Shown one piece after another: positions 26,674-42,000 of a stretch of DNA of 64,000 nt. A program made the translations under genes and the position numbers. A model generated the notes under the pieces. The model did no database searches, was not told the DNA's origin, and saw only the letters and a program-made list of their open reading frames with translations. The stretch's first letter is position 1. Each line of letters starts with the position of its first letter. The DNA is from a virus (taxonomy: Duplodnaviria > Caudoviricetes): IMG/VR virus record IMGVR_UViG_3300031992_000016, positions 104,961 through 168,960 of that record; one strand, written 5' to 3'.

Positions 26674-29600
26674 CCCAATCTAGAGATGTCCCAAGACAAC
26701 TTAATTTTTGCAGGTTGCCAAGCACTAAAAGTAAAATGTCGTTCTTCTTTTATTGGTTTTTGCATATACTCTGCTGCTTTTTGTCGTACTAATTCAGCAG
26801 CCAACTATTCTTGCATTTTACCATACTAATAAAAATCACGTGAGGTCGGTTTTTTTACTGTTGTCGTTGTAGTTTCATTCCCATCTGGATCAGTAGTAGT
26901 AACGGTAGTTGTGCTTTGTTGTTGCAATTTTTTTTCTTGTAATGCTATCTAATAATAGCAATATAATATCTATCGAATTAAAGTATTTACTAAAGAATCG
27001 CCTGTTCCAGTAATCATATAACCAGAAGCTACTGATGCGTGCTCTGCATCTTTGATAATTGATTTTCCTGGACATAAAGCATATAATCTTAAAAAATGTA
27101 AATGCGCCGTACTATCAGGGTTAATTACCATATTAGGAGAAGTTTCATAAGAGCGCATTAAATAAGGATTTGCAATTTTATTACAAAAAACATCATCAGT
27201 AGCAAACATGTCTTCTGTAAAAATAATTTCGTCTTCAAACTACATTAATTCATTAACAACCGCAGTGGATAAAATATCTAAATTATATTTTAATAATAAA
27301 GGATTATTAGTCTAATCAATCATAATTAACTGTTGTAATTTATCACTTAATTTTGAACGAGCTTCATCAATTTCTCTTTGTGTATATAATGTGATATTAT
27401 TTAATACACTTAAATCAGCAATTGAGTCAATAGTTGCTAACTAATTTTCTAAGCTCGCTAATTTAGCATTTAAAGCATCAACCGCAACAGTTATATTGTC
27501 TTGCTCTTCTGTTAATTCATTTTGTCTTGCGGTAATTTTTTCACGTTCTAACTAAATTGCTCTACGTTCATAAATAAGCCATCTATTTACAACGTCAATA
27601 ATAACTTTTTGTTTATTCGCGCGCGTAGCATCAAATGGAGTATTATATAACTCACGATAGCCTTCAATTAAAGCACTTAAATCTTTTTCATCATCACGGC
27701 TATAAAATAATGCACGTTCAGTTGGCTATAATTCAATTAATGTTTGCGTTTCAGCATCCATCTCCCAAGAAGGGTAAATATAAATACCGTTATTTACATC
27801 TGCTTTTACCCAAATAGCTTTTAAGTTACGAGTTTCAACTTGGTCTCTTAATTCTGCCCCACCTAAGCCATATTCAAGAGGTTCTTCAGTATATAAAATT
27901 AATTTTCCTTCTGCTAATTCCTAAACTGCAAAACCTAAACCTAAATATGGATTATGTAATGCTAATGTCTCTGGTACCGCAGCCTCGCAGCCTTCAATTA
28001 AGTCATCATAAGATTCATTACTTCTGACATATAAAATTGTTTCATCTACTCCAGGTAAAGCATATTTATATTCTACTGTCATATTGCCTTCGGCAGACCA
28101 TCCAGGAATTAAATTATTTGCTAAATCATAACTATCAAAATTCTAAAAAACAAATAATGTAATTTTACTAATTGAAATATAGTCTTCAATATTTAATAAT
28201 TTCTATTGAGAGTATGGAATAGTATAAGCATAACTATTACCAATAAATTCCGCATTTGTAAATTCGTCATCAAAAATAATATTATTTTCTTCATTAATAA
28301 TGCCATATTCATTAGAACCGGTATCAATCAAATGAGCATCTAATTTACGCCATAAATCATCATAATGAATATCTAAACGAGTTAAAGCTAACTATTTATT
28401 ATATTCATCATTGGCATATTGTTCTGTAATCGCCGCAACGTCAGCCGCATATTGTGCTTCTAATGCAGCTTTACGTTTATTATATTCATCCGCAGTGTAA
28501 GTGCTTGTAGAAGATTCTTCATCAGTTGTTTTTTTAACGCCTTCGACCACAATTTTTACACCATAAGTACCTTTTAATCCAGGATATTGATTTAAGAATG
28601 ATTCTACATCTATCTATAAACCAGCTTTAGTAAAACCTTCTATTGTTGCCGCGCCATTAGCAGGAACAAAAGAACATAATTTAGTAAATAATTTACTGTA
28701 ATGACCAGTTAAAACATCATAAAATTTTCTATTAGCCCAAAATTTATATGATACTTCTGGTCCGCCGCAAATAGGTGTTATACGATATTCATTATAAATC
28801 TATTCTAAAGTACGTGTTTTTGCATATTTGGCTTTAAATTGTAGCCAAGCCTAAATGATATTATCACGTACTTCATCACTTACTCCTTCTGTTGTGACCA
28901 TAGCAAGCATATCTGGATAAGCTAAGTCTCTCGTTAATTTTTTCCAATCAAACACTTTAGTATTTAATGATTCCCATTTAGAAGTTAAATTTGTAATAAA
29001 ATTATTAATGCTAGCATACTAATGTGCAGCATTTTTAATTGTATGTAATGTGCCATTTTCTAAATAGTTATAATCAGCATTATCATCTATATTCGTTGTA
29101 TCAGAAAATTTTGCATATTCTTGTTGATAGTATGCGGATAATCTAGCATTATCTTCCTATAACCAAGCAATACATTGCTCGCGAGTGTTTTCTGTATAAG
29201 CCGGATCGGCTTCAATTGCACGTCCAACTTGCGCGACCAATATTTGTAATTCTGATAACGTATAATATGGTGCATGATTCTAACTCAAATTATTAACAGC
29301 ATTAGTTAAAGCAGCATATTCGTGGTGTATGCAATCATAAATCGTATTCACATTATCAAAAGCGATAAAATTATTCATACGCTATTGAATAATAGCAATT
29401 TTTTCTTCACGCATAGTTTCGATTATACGAGTACATTCATATGGAGTTATACCCCATACATATTCTTTATCTTGATTCTACTCATAACGATGCTATTTTT
29501 TTAATTCAATATCTTCTTCTGCGTTGCCTAAAGCCGCTAAATCAGCAATATAAACAGGAACACAACCAGTTAATAAGCTATATAAATCTTCAACCTCAAG

Positions 29601-29939
29601 CGCAGCAACCTAAACGAAATCATCAAAAGGCCATTTAAAATTATACGCCGCACTGCTACCTGTCATTAAACGACTTACAATGCGTTTCTAATTGTCCCAA
29701 TTATTCTATGGAACTAAAACTTGTACCTATTCGCCCGCGAAAAATGACTATTCTGAGTATGCTTCAAAACGAGTATTTTCATATTCACAAGTGTAAATAT
29801 TTTTATCCTCTTCCGAACGCGAAATGATAGTACAAGGCGAATAAGTTTTATCAAATTTTAAATCACTTAATGCTTTTTTAGTCAATAAATCAACTGCACT
29901 TAAAACGCCATTTGCAACACTATCATTAAAATTAGCCAT
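26670..29939 (-). CDS. Large tail protein, N-terminal part (1089 aa); TAG=Gln
   Basis: ATG 29939 with SD AAAGGAG. The frame stays open through many TAGs, includes track ORF 26970-27209, and stops at TGA 26670-26672. Confidence 0.72.
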
Positions 29940-29981
29940 ATCTTCACACTCCTTTTACTCTATAACTCTATAACATAATGT

Positions 29982-30015
29982 AAAAAGGGCCGGATTCTTT
30001 AATAGAATCCGGCCC
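29982..30015 (-). terminator. Rho-independent terminator after tape measure gene
   Basis: gggccggattct-ttaat-agaatccggccc followed by TTTTT on the minus strand. Confidence 0.8.
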
Positions 30016-30022
30016 TATATTT

Positions 30023-33000
30023 TTATCTATAATTATTAATATATTGTGACGCACGATTATTAAGTTCATCAAACGCCGCAATAATTTCGTTTCTATCAGT
30101 TGCATTCGGGAACTCAGCGGAAATATGAACATTCTATTCTAGCCCGCCTAGACCAGAGAAAATGCTAGCACCATTGGCTGAAACTCCACTACTTGACATA
30201 GCGGCAGCCAAACCACCAATAAATCCTAACAAATTTTGAACAGCAGATGTATCAATAGAATGTAACAGATCAATCGTATTTAGCAAATTAGGCGTGTCTG
30301 CCGCATTAAGCATAAGCTCTGGTTTATTTGGTGTGCCATCAACCCAAGCAGGTCCAGTATAATCAACCAAACCGCCAGAAGCATACCCACTTAATTTTGA
30401 ATTATATCTCATTGCAGCAGCCTTTGCCGCTTCAATTTTTGATTGCCAATCACTTGAAACCTTTTTACTTTTAGTAGATGATACTGTTGTACCGTTAGAA
30501 CTAGCAACCGTACCATCAGTATAACCAACCATATTATTTTGTACTGGTACTAAACGATATTGAATAAAACCAGTAGCATTAGGTGTTGCAATGTCTCCTT
30601 CGGTACCACCAATCTGCCATAATAATTCTAAATTTTTTGTATTTGCTGCTTCAATAGTAGCAAAAATATCTGAAATAACTTGTTTTTGTCTATACCAAGC
30701 ATCAGTCACTGCATCAACTTTAGCCGCTTCATCGCCCAATTCCTCATTTAAAAGACTGACTTGCGATGCAGCTAATGATGTAGTAGAACCAATGATTTCA
30801 TCAAAATTGGTCATGTCTGCTAACCCAGTACGATAAAGAGATGTATCTAAAGCATCACTGAATTCTTTTAATTTAGGTAATAACCAATCAATCTATTCTG
30901 CTAAACTCATTGCCATACTATCTTGTAATTCAATAGCAGCTTGAATAGTAGGATTGATACCTTCTGTTGGGTCTTTAAAAGCACTATAATAAGCATCGCT
31001 ATATGCATCCATACAAGCTTCATTATTAGTGGTTAAATTAGCATATGCTTCTTTCATTTGATCGACAAAATATTTATCGTCTTGTTGAGCCATTTCATGT
31101 AATTCACGTAATTTTGCTGCTTTTTCTTCTTCATTCAATAAATCATCAAGAGCAATAGCTTTCGCCTATTCCACATACCATTTGCGCTTTTCTAACATTT
31201 GTTCTTCTAATTCCCGCACTCTGTCTAATGATAATTCATTAATTTCAATTAATACATCATTATATTCCTGCGTTGCTTCATCAACTTTTTCTTGGTCTGC
31301 AGTATATTGATACATATAATTACCATTTTCATCTCTTGTTAATCGTACAGTATCTTTTGCGTTCTATGCATCACGTAACGCTGTCTGTTTTTCTAATAGT
31401 TCATACTATTTTTGCATCATATCAACATCATATTGAGTTAATTGACCACTTTTAGCTTTTTGATTAATAACATTCTATAGCTCTTCATATTGATTCTTTA
31501 AAGCCTTATCCATAGTATCTGCCATCGCTTGTTCAATTTGTCTATTTAATTTATTAATATTATATAACTAATGAGCTGTATTTAAATATCTATCTTGTAC
31601 TTCAATGTCACGATCATATTTACCTTGTAAGTAATCTAATGTCGTTTCTCCCATCGCCAATGCTCTATCTAATTCAGTGCCCATTTCTTCAACATCGGCT
31701 TCCCAACGTTGTCTAGCTAAATCCGCCATACTTGTTAAATTTTCATAATAAGTATTTTGTGTATCTTTTAAGCGAGCTAATAAACTATAATAATCTGCCT
31801 ATTGCTGTGCGTCTAAATTTTCTAGACCATCAGCTTCAATAATTTTTTGATCAAATAATTCTTTTTGAGCTAAAACAGTTTCATATACATCTTTATAAAT
31901 ATTTGCCAATGCCTAAGTTTGATTATATTGTTCTGTCAAATTTGCTCTTGTTGTTGTAAATGTTTTATGAACTCCTATTAAATCACTAATATCTTTAATA
32001 GTCTATAAAGCAGTAATATTCTTATCTAATAAATCAGTATTTCTTGATAATTCGTCATCGTATTTAGACCACATATCTTCAAATAATTCCTATATTTCTT
32101 GACCTTTATCAAAGATGTCTGACATATCATCATTTAAAGCTTCCATAATATCCTATGAATGTTCTGCCATAGTTGCACCATCAATTTCGCCTGCTTTAAA
32201 TGCTTGCTATAATTCATTTAATTTAGTCATTTCTTCATTAAGTTTAATAAAACTCGCACCATCTAAATTTACTCCATCACTACCAAATAGTGCCTCTGCT
32301 ATTAAACTTGCTCTTGTGCTAAGATTAGTTAATATATCTTCGGTACGATCAAGTTGCCCTTCTAATGCATTTAATTCTAAATCTGCTAATTCAATTTTCC
32401 ATTCGTGCGCAGTTTCTACGGTTTCAGCAGTTTTTTCAGAAATTTCATGTTGCTATTCAAGAATTTTTTCTTGATATTCTTCTATTTGAGCTAATGAATC
32501 TTCATAATCTTCAATGACTTTCAACATACGTTGATAGGCATCATCAGGTCCTTCCATCCCGCTTTCTGCTTCATCATCTTTATGTTCATTATACCAATCT
32601 ATTAATTTTTCCTAAAGAGCTTCCCAATTTTTAATAGTTCCATCTTCATCAAAATCAAGAGTAATACCAAGCTATGCTGCTAAGCCTTCAACATTTGATC
32701 TATCTTTGCTAGCATATGCCGCAGCTTCATTTAATCGTTCTTGATAATTGTCCATTTGTTTATTTAATTTTTCAATTTCTTCACGCATCAATTTAACTTT
32801 AGTTACACCAAATGCCATTTCTTCTTTTTTAGCGACCTAGCCTAATTTGGAATCATATCGTTTAATTGTTTCATCAACTTCATGGTAGCGTTTAAGATCG
32901 GCTTTGGATTTACCTTTCTTCTTCTTTTTGCCTCCACCGCCGCCGCCTCCGCCGCCACCACCAGGTGCAGAAGGTGCTCCGGCGCCAGGTCTTGCTCCAG

Positions 33001-36000
33001 TAGTACCAAAATCTGGTACGGCAAGACTAGTTGTACCTGAACCTTGTAATTGACCTTCAGCAGTAGCAGTCATAGAGCCGCCACCTGGCATAGTAACTGT
33101 CATTGTTGAAGATGCAGGTACATCAATTTCGTTTTCTCCTGTAACTGTCTTTAAACTAGGAGGAGGAGGAGCTTGTACAGTATATGTGATTGTGCCATCT
33201 TGATTTAATACTGCGGTTATAGCATCTGCATTTTGAATTAAGTATTCTACAGGTATCTATACAGCCTAGCCTGTTTGTTCGCTTAAAGTTGCACTTAACT
33301 AATCTGCTAAACCTTGCATATCAGTTCCCATCATTGCCGCAGCGCCTTGGGCATTTGTTGCTACATACTAAAAACCATCACCAACTTGCTAAACTGCAAG
33401 TCCCATATCATTTAATACTTCATTTGCTTCATCTAAGTTATCAAACTAACTAACAAATTCTTCAGCAGTTTGTTGAGTTTTTTCTCCCCACTTTGAAGCT
33501 AGACCCATTGTATCCATTAACTATCGCATTTGTTTATTGGTTAAGTTTAAATCTTTTTGCAATTGTCGTAATGCTTTGCTATCTTCTTTTCCAAGTTTTT
33601 CACCAAATTTTAACCCGTTACCAATTTTGTTAAATTCTGCTAACTGTTCTGTACAATCTTCTATAGATTGACCTGTTTCTTGGAACATCTCATCTAATTG
33701 TTTAGTTAAAATTTTTGCTTCTAACTATTCCATTGCTTCAACAGAACCATTAGCCCATTGTGAAATTAAATCTTTATTGTCTTTGATAAAATCCATGCCA
33801 ACTTCTGCATCTTTAAAGAAATTATTAACTATATCTACTAAATCTTGATAAGCTGCCATTTGTTCTTTAATAGATTTTGTTTGATCATCAATAGTAGCTA
33901 AAGACCCATTTTCTTCTCTAGCTTTTTGTAATGCATCTAATGCTTCTGTCGCTTTATTATATTCAACAGCTGCTTCAGACATTAATAACTTGTCATCAGC
34001 TTCTAAATCTTGCCATTCAAGCATTACTCCTTCATAAGCTGCAATACTTTCAACATAATTTTCCATTTCTTGTGCTTCAATACCAAGCTATTGCGCATAA
34101 TTAGATAATAAATCTGTTAATGCTTGTACATCACCATGTAATGCCGCAGTCACTTTGTCTCCTGCAAATGCTTCATTAGCTAAATCTGTACCCAATTCTA
34201 CTTCATCAGTATTAAATAAAATTGGATGTTCTAATAGATATTGATCTACAGCTTCTTGTTGTGCTTGCTGAATTGCAGCAGCTCTTTTATTCATATATGC
34301 AAGTTCACTTTTTGTAACTGCATTACCATTATCATCTAAAAGTAATAAATCAGGTTTATTCGGGTTACTTATTGGTTTAGGATTAGTTTTATCAAATTCT
34401 GCACCTGCTTGTCTTGCTGCATCTGCTTGTATTCTTGCGATTTGGTCCATCTAGGCCTAATTTACTGCAGTATAACCCTTTTCCTAAAATTGCTTTAATT
34501 CCTCTGCGCTATTAGCGTAATCCTAGTTTTTAACAGTAACTTTTCCAGTCTTTTGATCAATTTCAAAACTACTTGCAGTACCATCTTGTAACATTTTCAT
34601 TGCTGCCATAATCTGTGCCGCTGCAGCAGCCATAGCGGCGGCTAACTGCATGGTTGCACTTTCCAATTGCACTAAACCGATAGAAGCAACTGTGGCATCT
34701 TCACCAACAATTCCCATGTCCTATAAAGTTTTTAGTACCGCTGCCTAATCTGCTTCTGACATACCTGCGAGAGTGCCTTTTTCAATCATTTGCTATTGAG
34801 CAGTCTATAATAATGTCATTTTTTGCTATTGACTATCTATATATTGCTCACCTTCTTGTCGAGCTTTGTCAGCCATATTAGTTCGTTTGGTTTCTACTTC
34901 TGTAAATGCTGCCGCTAAGATTTCAGCCAATTCAGAATCAGAATGTACATACATTGAGTCTTTTATCAAAGATAATACCGCCTCGAAATCCTCTTGTTTA
35001 AGTGTATAACCTTGCGCAGCTTCACTAACATGATAATTACCAGTCTAATCTGCAAAAACAAGACCATGACGTTCTAATCCTGCCAAAATTGCTATACTAT
35101 TTGCGTCTCCGGCTTTAGCTTTATCATTATATTCCCCAATTAATTTAGGATTTAATGATTTTCCAATAACATCACGCAATTCACCGGCTAAATATTTATC
35201 TACATATTTTCTAACATTTTCATTATATTGATCTTTTGTAGTATCTAAATATTCACCATTTTCACTATTTAAAAATCTTTGTCGCCCTGATTTATTATAA
35301 GTATCAAAATCAAATGGTCTATAATCAACTCTTGCATCAGGATTGTTTATATGTTCTTTAATTTCTTGTAATGTTTTACCTGCTTCTAATAATGTTTGCA
35401 CATATGCTGCTAATTCATCAGGACTACCGAACATTGATTCTAAGATACTTTTTCCTTCTGCTAATCCTGCTCTCATATCAGCAATTGCTTGGAATGTTTG
35501 CTCCCATAATTCTAGTACTGCTTGTGCAGTAGCTTGTTCCTAAGCATATATCGCCTGTAAACCACTTGCCCATACATCTTTAATAGTATTCCATGCTTCT
35601 TCAACGGCAAATTCAATTTCCGTTCCGCTATGATTTAAAGCTTGTTGTACGGCAGCTATAAATTCTTCGTTATGATTATTAATTGCATCTGCTAAATCTG
35701 TTGCTCCAACTGTAGCAATTGCAGAATTAACTGCAGCGTCTATATAAGATTTTTGAGCATCAGACAATTTATCACTTTGAGCATATTCTTTATTACGATA
35801 ATAATCTTTTTCACGTTCAGCAATTGCTTTTTGCATTTCTTCATTGAAGTTCTCATTCATTTTTACCAAAGCATCAGCCCGAGCTTGTGCAATATCTTTT
35901 GGACGTTTAGAATCTTTTTCTGCCTACGCTTTTAATGCTTTTAAAGCTGATTGATATTCATGTTCAAATTCTGCTGTCCATTCTCTTCCAGGCATTTCTT

Positions 36001-39000
36001 GTGAAACCAATTGTTTTGCTTTTTGTTGCAATTTTTGTTCTTCATCTTTCCATTTAGCTTCTGCATCATCTTGAACTTTTTGTTCATAAGCCTTCCAAAT
36101 TTCCTAATCAGTTAATTTATCTTTATTATCTGGATTGGCAATATAATTATCTCTAAAAGCTGCGTAATCATATAATGTACTATACTTTTGATGATCCGCA
36201 TCAGTACCACCTAACAAGCTATCTAAAACATCTGTAATAGATGTATCTTCAGAAATTTTTCCAATAGCATTTTGAATTTCATCTAAAATACTTCGTGCAA
36301 TTTTATCTCCTAAACCATCAACATTTGGCTCCCAACCAGCAATAGACTATGACAAACCAACTTGTAGACCTTGGATTAAGAATGGAGCCAAAGCCATAGT
36401 TAGTTTTGATGGTGATGCAATACCAAGAGCATGAGCAAATGCTGCAATAATTTCATTACCAATTGGCGCAAAATACGCTGCCCAATCTACATCTGTATTT
36501 TGTAATCCAACAATTAAGCCATCCATTAAATGCATAGCTAATGACGCCGTTGCGGAATCAGAAGATTGAGATGCTTCATCTAATGCTCTAAAATAATTAT
36601 TTAAAACATCAGGTGCCAAATCTTTAAAATCATCTGGAGACATGGCTAAAATTTTATTATACATAAGTTGAGCCTTATATTTTTGTTCATTTGACCAAGT
36701 ATTATGGCTACCTTCAGCATTAAATTCGAACATAGCACTTTGTATATCTTGTATACTCTATAAATTATTATGTCGCTATCTAAAGTTTGTCACATGCTAT
36801 TTTTCATTATTAGCAATAAATGGTATATCAATTCCACCTAAATAAGAATACATTTTATCAAGATCTTCTGCGCCCTTTTGCTATAAATTGCTTTTATCCA
36901 TCAAAGCTTTAACTTTAACAAAATATTCTTGTCCTTGTAACTGTTGTTGAATAGTGTTATTTCCAAGACTCGCATCAGCTTTAACATGATATTCATTTGG
37001 TTTATCTTCTGCTCCATCAATTGCTCCCTATAATTCTGCAGCTAAAGTTACTTCTGTACCATTTGCTAATCTTACTTTAATTTCTTTGCCTTTTCCATCT
37101 GCTCCTTGTAATATTTGAGAAATTTGCGATTCAATAATACCAACATCTGTTTGAATTTTTAGTTTTCGTGGTTGACCATTTTCATCTGTTTCCATTTCCC
37201 ATGCGCTTATTTTAGATGCTAAATTAAATTCTTCGCCTTTATCATCAACGCAATTAATTTTAATATTATGACCAGTTGCATCAGTTTCATAACTTTTAAT
37301 CGTTGCCGCAAAATCTTCGTCATCTTTTCGAATTAAAATAGTTTTAGTGCCTGGAAGCATTAAAGCTGCGACCGTTACCGTAAAACCTAATGTATTACCT
37401 GCATTAATTGCAATTTTCTTTTCCTCTGGAACACTATCTAATAAAGTAGTATAAGTTACTTCAAAAGTGCCATTTTCGCCATCAAACATAATAGTTTTAT
37501 GGTCTGTAGTAATTGCTGTATTATATTTTGCAGTATAAGTACCAAATTCACCTTGGAAAGTAATAGTTTTATCTTCTCCTGCAATTGCTGTATCATATGT
37601 TGCAGTATAGGTACCAAATTCACCTTGGAAAGTAATAGTTTTATTTTCTGTAGCGGTTGCTTCTTTAACTGCAAAAGTATAAGTGCCACCATCACCTAAA
37701 AACGTAATCGTTTTATTCTCATTCATTATAGCTTCTTTTACTGTATCTGTATAAGTTCCAAATTCGCCCTAAAATATAATTGTTTTATTGTCATCTAAAG
37801 TTGCAGATGTATAAGCCGCCTAATAAGTTCCATCTTTAGCATAAAAAACAATATTCTTTTCTCCATCAATCTGTACAGCTTCTAATGAAGAAGTATATTC
37901 ACTACCTGTTTCACCAACAAATGTAATTATTTTTGAACCAGGATGACTTTCAATAGCAGCAATTGTATCACTGTATTCTTTATCATCAACAGAAAAAGTT
38001 ACTTGTCCATCAGGATGTAAATTAAAATTCTCAACTGCCTAAACTACTTCTTTACCATCAACGGTATAATAAACTTGACCATCTTGATAAAGCCAAGTCT
38101 AAATTTCATCTTCATTTTCCATCTCGGCTTCAACTTCAATTACACTATGGTCAACTGGAGTTGTATCTAATTCTGTTACTAATCCAACATATTCTTGTTG
38201 CCGTTTTTCTAAAGTACTTAATTGCATTAATGCTGCTTCTGTTGCGGCTACCATGCCAGCCTTAATTTGCTCTTTATCTCCATCAGCATTTTGAATATCT
38301 TCAATAATTTCTTTAACTCTTTCAGCTGCAACACCAGCTCTAATTAAAGATTGTTCTAATTCACCAATTGAAGAAAAAGATAAATTATCTAATGAAGTTA
38401 AATTTGATTGAATGAACTAAATCGCACTTTTAGCCGCGTTAATTTTTTCATCGTCCTAACTAGTTTGACTATCAACTCGAGACTATATTTGTTCCATACG
38501 CTAGTCATTTAATGCACGCTCTTGAGCTTCGATTTTTCTCTACTAAATTTGAACCTGAGTATCATCATATCCTTTTTCATCGCGCATGTTCTATAATTCT
38601 TCTAGCTTTTGTTTCATTTGTTCCAATCTATATGTTTCTCGTTCTAGATCAGACATTCCTAGCCATTCCTCAAATGAGGGAGTATCAGCCTTATTTAAGC
38701 CCAATAATAATTGATTCATTGCTAATTCAGTATCTTTCCATTTTGTCGGGTCTAATTCTGCACCAGATAACCATTCTAACTATTGCGATTTACCAGACGC
38801 AGTTTCAATAAATTTAGTTGCAGTTTGTAACGCCGTAGTAATATTAGTATATTCTGCTTCTTCATCACTTAAACTTGTTAATAATCCTCTAAAATCACTA
38901 TTGTTATTTACTGTACCTTTATAAGATATACCCCAATCATTCATATATGTACGTAAAATATCACTTGCAGAACCTGCAGTAGCATATTTGTCACCAAACA

Positions 39001-42000
39001 TAGCAAGCATAGTATTACGTGTATCTTCGTTGTTTAATAATTTTCCATTTTCATCTATGTTTTCTGATAAAAAACGCTAAAAAGTACGCTAATGCTCCCA
39101 TTGCTATTTAGCCTAATCAACATCTTCTACACCCATTCGTTCTTGCATAAAAGCATTCTATGAATCTGTAATAATAGTATTTAAATCTACCATTCCATCT
39201 TCATATTGTTGCCACCAATTATCATAACCTGTGCTTATTTGCTCCATTAAAGTCGCCATTTGTGCGGCTTTTTCAGAAGAAGACATTTTATTCCATTCTT
39301 GAGTATTAAAAATTTCTCCTAATCCTAATAAATCACTTACTATTGGTAGCTATGCCGCAAAACTATCTATATCAAATTCACCAGAATATCTATTACCCCA
39401 TTGAGCCAATAAGCCTGTTGCAGTTTGTGCTTTTGCTTGTTGCTATAATAATTGAGGAACTCGTTTGTCCATTAAATCACCATTATTATCTAAAAATGGT
39501 GCTATATTAGCCATATAAGACCAATCTTTATCAGTAAAACCCCACTGCTCTAATTTTTTCTACGCTTCTTCTTTTGTCATTTTTTTATTACGAGTTGTCA
39601 TTGCAGTTACAGCAGATTCTTTATTAGCAACCGTTGCATCTGCCGCAGCTATATCACTTTCTGATACACCGACTAATCCTCTGGCATAAGTAGTTACTAA
39701 TTGACTAGCTTGTTTTTTAGCTGCTCGAGTAATAGCATCATTTTTATTACTATCTATGCCCCAGTCTGCTAATAAACCTTCAACTAAACTCTCCTATACA
39801 TCAGAACTCCATCCTTCAACATTTTGTTGTTTTAGCCAATCCTAGCCTTTTAATTCTCTCATACTCTTAATAGCATTAAGATATGGAGAAATCATTTCAG
39901 TGATCATGTAATCAATATCTTCAAATGATTGATCATGTACTAAAGCTTCTAACTATGATTTCATTCCAGGGTCTTCAATAGTTTTTGCTGCTTCTTTAAT
40001 TGCTTGTAGCTAATTATAATAATGTAACAATGAATCTAAATCAGATTCAATAACTAAGTCATCGGCAGTTCGTGCCATCCCTGTTCCACCCGCGCGCGCA
40101 CTACCGCCTAAGAATGATTGAATCAAATTATTTTCTTGATCGCCTGTTGCATTACCACTAAGCCAATAATCATATTTTCGACTACCAGCATAATCAATAT
40201 TAATACCATATTGATTAGCTAACATATCTCTTATATTTGCATTCTATAAACTTTTTAATAAACCAGATTGTTTCATATTAGTATTAAATGAACTTAATAT
40301 GTCATTATAAACAACTCCGGTTTTATTCCCTTCATTATTATCTCTATATTTGTCTCCCATATTTTCTTTTGCTATTTTAGTAACCTAATTTTCTAAACCA
40401 TGTTCTGCGCGTCTAACATCAGATTCTGCAGTTTCAATTTGTTGTTCACGTGCAGCCTCAATAGATTCTTGAATAGCTGCAGTTAATCCTTGATAATTAC
40501 CAGTAAGTGCCATAACTGCAGCACCCTAAATGCCTAAACTAGATGCGATATCAGCTAAAGCACTACTATATTCTTGAACAGATAATGCACCTTCTGCAAA
40601 CTATTTGTTTAATGAGTCAAAAGCATTACTATTAGTCATTAATTCTTGATTTGATTGTTGATGTTCTTCTAAAATTTTATTTGTAGTTTCTGCCATTTTA
40701 ACCATTTCTTGTTCACGTTTTTCTTGCTAATCTTTCATATACGTAAATACACCAGCAATTGCCATACCAGCCGCTTGAATGCCTGCCATCAATGGTCCTT
40801 GTGTTGCAAATGTATTAAGTAATGAACCACCTGCACTAACAATAGAAGTTACACCTGCTAATGTATCACCACTTTCAAATGACTTCATAATACCTTGCAT
40901 AGAAGTAAAACCTTGAACTGCAGCCATGGCTCCTTCTGCAACTGTTGCCAAACCCTTAGACAATTTTTGAGCTGCAGCTTCACGAGCATTCAATGCTTGC
41001 TCTTCTTCATCTTCCATATCAAAGCCTGCAGTAATCTCTTCTTGGCCTACCTAACGACCATATTCCTAAGCTCTATGAGCAGAATCTTCACCAACAATGC
41101 TACGCATTTCCTGATAAGCTTCATCTAAGTCATCATCAATTTGATCACGTAAATGCTCTGCAATAACTCTTCCACGATCAGCTTTAGTAGCTTGATTTTG
41201 TTCATTAAAACCAGCACTTTCAAGCCAATCATTCATTTCATTTTCGTCTTGCGGTAAAAAATCACGTACTGCTTGAGCCATTGGATTATTCTCATCCATC
41301 ATAACAGACTCAAAACGCTCTGCAGCCGCTGTACTATCTGTGTCCTCATTAAAAATTTGATCTATCTATTGATTTACTGCACCACGTAAAGCATTTCCTC
41401 TAGCTTCTTCTTGTACTCTATTACCTAATCCACGTATCGCTGTATTTTGTACATTCTTATCATCTGATTTAAAATCTGCTACCATGTCATCAAGATCACT
41501 ACCACTATAACCCTGATCAGCATAATAATTTAAAGCATTAATATAAGCATCATCACGTAATTTATCAGCAGTACCTGTACCTTCTAATTCAACTAAAGAA
41601 CCAATTGATAATTCTCTACGAGCTTCATCTGTAATATTGGCTAAATTAGTTTCATGACCTGCCATGGTTTGCTAACGCTAATTTAAATAATCAATATGCT
41701 ATTGTAAACGCGCAGCTTCTTGTCCACTCATATGCCCTTGTCGTAATAATAATTCTTGTTTAGCTATCGCACTTTCACTTCTTGCGTCTGCACTTAATAA
41801 ACGCATTGTATTTGCAGTATTTGCACTTGTATCTGGTGTTAATTCACTTTCTCGTCTATCTAAAGCGCTATTATATTCCATATCTGCCGATCTACGTAAA
41901 GTTGTTAGATTATCAAATAAATTTCGCTATTGAGTGCCTTGTGCAAATTTTTGAGCACCATACTAAGAAATTGCTTGCATCCTTCCGCCATAATTATTTG

